A DNA stretch of 64,000 bases from Pseudomonas aeruginosa PAO1. Its GTDB lineage: Bacteria; Pseudomonadota; Gammaproteobacteria; Pseudomonadales; Pseudomonadaceae. How positions within the stretch are numbered: the first letter of the stretch is position 1; every line of letters starts with the position of its first letter. The notes below the pieces were generated by a model that saw only the letters and a list, made by a program, of their open reading frames with translations, was not told the DNA's origin and did no database searches. The stretch is from the NCBI RefSeq assembly GCF_000006765.1, contig NC_002516.2; one strand, written 5' to 3'. Shown here in pieces: positions 58,051 to 64,000 of the stretch. Made by a program: the position numbers and the translations under genes.

Positions 58051-58983
58051 TCAGAGCAACGCCAGCAAACGCTCCTGCAATGCCCGGCGGCCCTGCAGGC
58101 CTCCGCTGTGCAGCGCCACCAACCGGCTGCCGCGAGCCACCGCGCCGCTCTCCACGGCCTCGCGCAGGGCGAGCAGCAGCTTGCCGGTGTACAGCGGTTC
58201 GAGGGCGACGCCGCTGGCCGTCTCGAACTCGACGATGAACCGCGCCAATCGCCCATCGAGGCGGGCGAAACCACCACGGCTGGCGTCCAGCAGGCGATAG
58301 CCGGTATCGGCCCAGCCCGCCTCGGCAAGGGTCGCCGCGACCTGGGCGGCGACGCCGTGGTCCTCCGGCACCGCCAGCGCGCCCACCACGGGATGCCGCC
58401 CGGCCTCGCCGAGCACCAGGCCGGCCAGTGTCGTACCGGTACCGGCGGCCACCCAGATCGCGTCGTAATCGTCCCAGCCGAGCGTCGGCAACTGGGTCGC
58501 TATGCGCTCCACCAGCCCGATGCAACCGCGCGCGCCCAGCAGCCCGCCACCGCCCTCGGCGACCGGCAGCAAGCCTGGGTAACGTTCCCGCCAGGGAAGC
58601 CAGAAGCCGGCGGCATGCCGCTGGCGATAGCCGCCGTAGCCGAGCCAGTGCAGTTCCATGCCGAGACTGCGCAGGTCGCGCACCGTCGGCGTATCGACTT
58701 CGTGTCCGCGCAACAGGCCGACGCAACGGAAACCGAAACGCGCGCCAGCGCCGGCCAGCGCGTGCAGGTGGTTGGAGTGGGCGCCGCCGAGGCTGATCAG
58801 GCCGTCCAGCCCCTGCTCGCGGGCCAGCGCCAGGTGTGGCGCGAGCTTGAACCCCTTGTTGCCGGAGATCAGCGGATCGGCCTGGTCCAGGCGCAGCAGC
58901 GCCAGTTCGACCCCGGCCCGTTGCAGCCAGTCGAGTTCGAGACGCTGCAAGGGTGTATGCGGTGACCAGTGGGGAAACGGCAA
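58051..58983 (-). CDS. PLP-dependent D-cysteine desulfhydrase/ACC-deaminase-family enzyme
   Basis: SGNK (PLP Lys), GGAHSNH, AGTGTT and EPLYTGK. Thr in place of the ACC-deaminase Glu argues against true ACC deaminase. Confidence 0.82.
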   Translation of the reverse strand: MPFPHWSPHTPLQRLELDWLQRAGVELALLRLDQADPLISGNKGFKLAPHLALAREQGLDGLISLGGAHSNHLHALAGAGARFGFRCVGLLRGHEVDTPTVRDLRSLGMELHWLGYGGYRQRHAAGFWLPWRERYPGLLPVAEGGGGLLGARGCIGLVERIATQLPTLGWDDYDAIWVAAGTGTTLAGLVLGEAGRHPVVGALAVPEDHGVAAQVAATLAEAGWADTGYRLLDASRGGFARLDGRLARFIVEFETASGVALEPLYTGKLLLALREAVESGAVARGSRLVALHSGGLQGRRALQERLLALL

Positions 58984-58987
58984 GGAG

Positions 58988-60391
58988 TCAGCTCACGGTG
59001 CGCAGGCGCCCCGTGGTCTTGTGCCGGGCGCAGCAGTTGGTGTCGCCGGCGACGAAGCGCGCCGGGTTGTCGACCCGGTCGAGCGGCAGGTTGCAGCGTT
59101 CGCCGCCGGGCAGCAGCGCCTCGCAGCGCGGCTGCTGGAAGTGGTCCAGCCACTGGCGGTACTGGCTCTCGGAGACGAAGCACTTGGCCGCCGCGTAGGC
59201 CAGCGGATTGTCCTGGTAACGCGGGATGTCCTGCAAGGGGATGGTCAGGTGCCCGGCGCCGGGATGGTAGGCGACGAATACCACGCCCTGGCCGGATAGA
59301 CGCTCCAGCAGTTGCTCCGGCCCCTGGGCGGCCAGACGGTCGCGCTCGGCGCGCAGCTCGGCCAGTTCCTGCTCCAGTTGCTGGTCCAGCTCGTTGCGGT
59401 AGGCCAGTTCGACGTCGCGGATCGAGACCTGCTCCTTGTAGCCGGCCACCGCCGCCGCCACTCGAGCCTCCAGTTCGTCGGCGAACTCCGAGCGCAGCAG
59501 GTCGGTCTCGTTGCGCCCCTGGTTCTCGATGAAACGCAGTTGCCGGGTCAGTTCCTCGCGGTTGCGCTGGAACTGCTCGCCCTGCTCCAGCAGACGCTGC
59601 TGCAATTCGGCGTTCTCCCGCGCCTGCCGTTCCAGGGCCTGTTGCAGGCTGAGCACTTCGCTGCGCAGGATGTCCAGTTGCCCGCGGGCGTCCTGTTCGC
59701 GCCTGGCCAGTTCCTCTTCGTGCTGCCGGGCGAGCCCGGCCAGGCGCTGCTCCTGCTGCCGGGCCAGGGCGGCGAGCTGTTGTCGCTGCTGCTTGACCAG
59801 TTGCGCCAGGCGCGCCGTCTGCTCGTCCTCCTGCTTGCGCGGAGGCTCCGCGGGCGGTGCCTTCGGGGCGGCGGGACCGGCGGCGTACCATTGCTCTTCG
59901 GCGGCCATCTGCAGCCGCTGCGGCTCCACCGCGGCAGGCTCTTCGTCCACCAGCAGGCCCAGCTGGTTGCGCCTGAGCGCGTCGCGGATGAGCACGAAAT
60001 GGTTGCGTCCGGCGCTGCTCTCCGGGTCCCAGAGGTGCATCTGGTGCCAGGACACCGGGCACTGGCTGCGACAGGCCAGGCGGATCGGCCCGCCGCCCAT
60101 GTCGGGGCCGCGTCCGGCGCGTTCGGCGAGGTTGCGCAGAGGCAGGTTCCAGCCGGTGTCGGCGCCGCCCTGCTCGTCGAAATCGAGATAGAAGAACACC
60201 GCCGCCCGCGCCTGCAGGCGCGGATTGATCAACACATAGGCCAGGTGCATCTGCCGGTCGGCGTATTCCGGCATGCGCACCAGGCCATCGAGCAGCGCCT
60301 CGAATTCGGGATACAGCATTTCCTTGCAGACGCCGCTGTCGTTGAAGAACAGCACGGCCTCCGCCATCTGTGGCTTTTTCTGCATGCTCAT
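58988..60391 (-). CDS. Hypothetical coiled-coil protein with a Cys-rich C-terminus
   Basis: Globular N-terminus, a long E/Q/R coiled coil and a C-terminal C..C..CC..H cluster. Start is uncertain. Confidence 0.8.
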   Translation of the reverse strand: MSMQKKPQMAEAVLFFNDSGVCKEMLYPEFEALLDGLVRMPEYADRQMHLAYVLINPRLQARAAVFFYLDFDEQGGADTGWNLPLRNLAERAGRGPDMGGGPIRLACRSQCPVSWHQMHLWDPESSAGRNHFVLIRDALRRNQLGLLVDEEPAAVEPQRLQMAAEEQWYAAGPAAPKAPPAEPPRKQEDEQTARLAQLVKQQRQQLAALARQQEQRLAGLARQHEEELARREQDARGQLDILRSEVLSLQQALERQARENAELQQRLLEQGEQFQRNREELTRQLRFIENQGRNETDLLRSEFADELEARVAAAVAGYKEQVSIRDVELAYRNELDQQLEQELAELRAERDRLAAQGPEQLLERLSGQGVVFVAYHPGAGHLTIPLQDIPRYQDNPLAYAAAKCFVSESQYRQWLDHFQQPRCEALLPGGERCNLPLDRVDNPARFVAGDTNCCARHKTTGRLRTVS

Positions 60392-60763
60392 CGCTAACCC
60401 TCGAACGCCTGGCGAGGCGGCCCGCATCCGGCAGTACCCATCTGGCATGTCACCTGAAAAACAGGCGCTATCTCGTTGTTCGGGCAAGTCTAGGGGAAAA
60501 AATGTCGCGGGCAATGTGACTGGGTTGGCAGACACCCGGGCGATGCCGGACGGCCCGCCGAGCGGTAGGGGAAATTGTGAAGCGGTCGGGTTTTGAGCGG
60601 ACGGAGATCACCGTGGCAGAGCGCCACCGTTCACCGAACCGGTGCGCAGCGCCCCGCCGCGCCGACGAGGGCGGACAGGGGCGATACGCAGAACCTGTGC
60701 GAGCTGGAGAAAAGCCGTTTTCAACGCAGTTTCTCCGCTACGCAACAGATCGCGGAAAGGCTC

Positions 60764-64000
<3,237 letters not shown>

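Overview
A GC-rich Pseudomonas aeruginosa chromosomal segment. The proteins and gene order match what I recall for PAO1 loci ~PA3047-PA3093; that mapping is from memory, not a database search. Left to right: dacB; rlmKL; rmf with a structured leader; pyrD; two exported hydrolases; a three-gene DNA-binding module; the intact pelABCDEFG operon with two FleQ boxes; a MarR/isochorismatase/FUSC cassette with atypical codons; gdhB; a MoxR-VWA-BatD operon; cprRS; a DUF1302-DUF1329-beta-propeller-RND operon; pepN; a nadK cluster; fadH; and a nitrilase-fold gene cut by the window end. I saw no rRNA, tRNA, CRISPR array, transposase or integrase. The most striking unexplained structure is at 10.2-11.7 kb, directly downstream of pelG. 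Two tandem paralogous XRE repressors share a 109-bp near-identical core and lie divergent from a 76-aa Cox/Xis-like gene. Between them is a 35-bp AT-rich palindrome. This is the layout of a temperate-phage genetic switch, but with no other phage genes. Start codons were re-picked by hand where the ORF track over-extends.
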